Shown piece by piece: positions 7,734 to 10,212 of a DNA stretch of 10,212 nucleotides. The DNA lies in IMG/VR virus record IMGVR_UViG_2740892487_000003. One strand, given 5' to 3'. Each line of letters begins with the position of its first letter. Position 1 is the first letter of the stretch. The translations under genes were made by a program, and so were the position numbers. The notes below the pieces were generated by a model. It ran no database searches. It had not been told where the DNA came from and was given only the letters and a program-made list of their open reading frames with translations. Source of the DNA: a virus (lineage: Duplodnaviria; Heunggongvirae; Uroviricota; Caudoviricetes).

Positions 7734-8468
7734 ATGTCTGACAACACCATCCCTGAATATCTGCAACCCGCGCTGGCACAACTGGAAAAGGCCAGAGCCG
7801 CTCATCTTGAGAACGCCCGCCTGATGGATGAGACCATCACGGCCATTGAACGGGCAGAGCAGGAAAAAAATGCGCTGGCGCAGGCCGACGGAAACGACGC
7901 TGACGACTGGCGCACGGCCTTTCGTGCAGCCGGTGGTGTCCTGAGCGACGAGCTGAAACAGCGCCACATTGAGCGCGTGGCACGCCGGGAGCTGGTACAG
8001 GAATATGACAATCTGGCCGTGGTGCTGAATTTCGAACGTGAACGCCTGAAAGGGGCGTGTGACAGCACGGCCACCGCCTACCGGAAGGCACATCATCACC
8101 TTCTGAGTCTGTATGCAGAGCATGAGCTGGAACACGCCCTGAATGAAACCTGTGAGGCGCTTGTCCGGGCAATGCATCTGAGTATCCTGGTACAGGAAAA
8201 TCCGCTCGCCAACACCACCGGCCATCAGGGCTACGTCGCACCCGATAAAGCTGTCATGCAGCAGGTGAAATCATCGCTGGAACAGAAAATTAAACAGATG
8301 CAAATCAGCCTCACCGGCGAGCCGGTTCTCCGGCTGACCGGACTGTCAGCGGCAACACTCCCGCACATGGATTATGAGGTGGCAGGCACACCGGCACAGC
8401 GCAAGGTGTGGCAGGACAAAATAGACCAGCAGGGAGCAGAGCTTAAGGCCAGAGGACTGCTGTCATGA
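7734..8468 (+). CDS. sid: Capsid size determination protein Sid (244 aa)
   Basis: ATG at 7734 with GAGGAG 7 nt upstream (the ORF track start at 7716 is an upstream GTG). MSDNTIPEYLQPALAQLEKARAAHLENARLMDE...; length and position (first gene of the sid-delta-psu operon) match P4 Sid. The stop overlaps the delta start (ATGA). Confidence 0.85.
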   Translation: MSDNTIPEYLQPALAQLEKARAAHLENARLMDETITAIERAEQEKNALAQADGNDADDWRTAFRAAGGVLSDELKQRHIERVARRELVQEYDNLAVVLNFERERLKGACDSTATAYRKAHHHLLSLYAEHELEHALNETCEALVRAMHLSILVQENPLANTTGHQGYVAPDKAVMQQVKSSLEQKIKQMQISLTGEPVLRLTGLSAATLPHMDYEVAGTPAQRKVWQDKIDQQGAELKARGLLS

Positions 8469-8965
8469 TTTACTGCCCGTCGTGTGGACATGTTGCTCAC
8501 ACCCGTCGCGCACATTTCATGGACGATGGCACCAAGATAATGATTGCACAGTGCCGGAATATTTATTGCTCTGCGACATTTGAAGCGAGTGAAAGCTTTT
8601 TCTCTGACTGTAAAGATTCAGGAATGGAATACATTTCAGGCAGACAGAGATACCGCGATTCACTGACGTCAGCCTCCGGCAGTATGAAACGGCCGAAAAG
8701 AATGCTTGTTACCGGATATTGTTGTCGGAGATGTAAAGGCCTTGCACTGTCAAGAACATCGCGGCGTCTCTCTCAGGAAGTTACCGAGCGTTTTTATGTG
8801 TGCACGGATCCGGGCTGTGGTCTGGTGTTTAAAACGCTTCAGACCATCAACCGCTTCATTGTCCGCCCGGTCACACCGGACGAACTGGCAGAACGCCTGC
8901 ATGAAAAACAGGAACTGCCGCCAGTACGGTTAAAAACACAATCATATTCGCTGCGTCTGGAATGA
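8465..8965 (+). CDS. delta: Delta late-gene transcriptional activator (duplicated Ogr-type zinc finger, 166 aa)
   Basis: MIYCPSCGHVAHTRRAH... plus a second module YCCRRCKG...YVCTDPGCG; two Ogr-like Cys4 halves. The 166-aa length matches P4 Delta. Confidence 0.85.
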   Translation: MIYCPSCGHVAHTRRAHFMDDGTKIMIAQCRNIYCSATFEASESFFSDCKDSGMEYISGRQRYRDSLTSASGSMKRPKRMLVTGYCCRRCKGLALSRTSRRLSQEVTERFYVCTDPGCGLVFKTLQTINRFIVRPVTPDELAERLHEKQELPPVRLKTQSYSLRLE

Positions 8966-9038
8966 GGGCTGCCGGTTAACTCCGGCCGTCGCCGCACACC
9001 GTATTTTTATTCTTCAGCATGATGAGAAAGAGATAACG

Positions 9039-9611
9039 ATGGAAAGCACAGCCTTACAGCAGGCCTTTGACACCTGTCAGAATAACAAAGCAGCATGGCT
9101 GCAACGCAAAAATGAGCTGGCAGCGGCCGAACAGGAATACCTGCGGCTTCTGTCAGGAGAAGGCAGAAACGTCAGTCGCCTGGACGAATTACGCAATATT
9201 ATCGAAGTCAGAAAATGGCAGGTGAATCAGGCCGCCGGTCGTTATATTCGTTCGCATGAAGCCGTTCAGCACATCAGCATCCGCGACCGGCTGAATGATT
9301 TTATGCAGCAGCACGGCACAGTACTGGCGGCCGCACTGGCACCGGAGCTGATGGGCTACAGTGAACTGACGGTCATTGCCCGAAACTGTGCCATACAGCG
9401 TGCCACAGATGCCCTGCGTGAAGCCCTCCTGTCCTGGCTTGCGAAGGGTGAAAAAATTAATTATTCCGCACAGGATAGCGACATTTTAACGACCATCGGA
9501 TTCAGGCCTGACGCGGCTTCGGTGGATGACAGCCGTGAAAAATTCACCCCTGCGCAGAACATGATTTTTTCGCGTAAAAGTGCGCAACTGGCATCACATC
9601 AGTCTGTGTAA
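9039..9611 (+). CDS. psu: Polarity suppression protein Psu (190 aa; capsid decoration and Rho antagonist)
   Basis: MESTALQQAFDTCQNNKAAWLQRKNELAAAEQEYLRLL...; 190 aa, third gene of the sid operon, matching P4 Psu from memory. Confidence 0.85.
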   Translation: MESTALQQAFDTCQNNKAAWLQRKNELAAAEQEYLRLLSGEGRNVSRLDELRNIIEVRKWQVNQAAGRYIRSHEAVQHISIRDRLNDFMQQHGTVLAAALAPELMGYSELTVIARNCAIQRATDALREALLSWLAKGEKINYSAQDSDILTTIGFRPDAASVDDSREKFTPAQNMIFSRKSAQLASHQSV

Positions 9612-9640
9612 AACTCCCCGAAAATCTGCCCGTTTTTACT

Positions 9641-9680
9641 GAAAAAAGCCATGCATCGATAAGGTGCATGGCTTTGCATG
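9641..9680 (+). terminator. Hairpin terminator downstream of psu
   Basis: A6 (9641-9646), stem gccatgca (9647-9654), loop tcgataagg, stem tgcatggc (9664-9671), then TTT and a T-rich tail (gcgttttcc). Confidence 0.45.
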
Positions 9681-9775
9681 CGTTTTCCTGCCTCATTTTC
9701 TGCAGACCGCGCCATTCCCGGCGCGGCCTGAGCGTGTCAGTGCAACTGCATTAAAACCGCCCCGCAAAGCGGGCG

Positions 9776-9794
9776 GGCGAGGCGGGGAAAGCAC
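9776..9794. other. cos site: the 19-nt P2/P4 cohesive-end sequence GGCGAGGCGGGGAAAGCAC
   Basis: Exact match at 9776-9794 to the P2/P4 cohesive end as I recall it, followed by TGCGCGC as at the start of the P2 genome. Here it is internal and contiguous, so this is not a virion end. Confidence 0.7.
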
Positions 9795-10027
9795 TGCGCG
9801 CCAATAGCAATGATGCACATTTATTTTCGAACCCTGAGTACATCATAGATGTATGCAGATAAACGATTATGGATCAGTGGCAAATGCATAGAGTAGGTTT
9901 GATGCTCTTACGAGGCATGCAGGTGAACAATACCAACACATAATATATTGAACCTACCCAAAAAAATGAGTAGGCATACTTGTTAAAAGTATATTTCTGA
10001 TCAATGATATAAAAATAAGCACTCTAG

Positions 10028-10212
<185 letters not shown>

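Noticed and set aside
7695-8241. Minus-strand ORFs 7695..8225, 7802..8074, 7837..8241 and plus 8706..8933
   Set aside because: Antisense to sid or out of frame within delta; the sid and delta frames match known P4 proteins in length, order and motifs.

Overview
This window is almost entirely a P4-like satellite phage element (P4 family, Enterobacteriaceae), laid out in the virion/plasmid order int - attP-like core - crr - alpha - orf106 - orf151 - epsilon-like - kil-like - alpA/vis - ori - Psid - sid - delta - psu - cos. It is bounded on the left by the C-terminal end of an IS3-family transposase and on the right by an IS5 end carrying the start of insH. All calls are made by eye from the sequence and from recalled family features; no database search was run. 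Several genes look disabled in the sequence as given: int (one frameshift and two in-frame stops), alpha (frameshift), alpA/vis (frameshift) and the epsilon-like ORF (no canonical start), while sid, delta and psu are intact. Three of these lesions sit in homopolymer runs, so sequencing error cannot be excluded for them. I found no convincing novel multi-gene system inside the window; the cargo position of P4-like satellites (between cos and int) is occupied here by IS sequences and continues beyond both window edges. The most interesting observations are the non-integrated permutation flanked by IS elements, the pattern of gene inactivation, and a candidate immunity-RNA region with complementary segments covering a ribosome-binding site.
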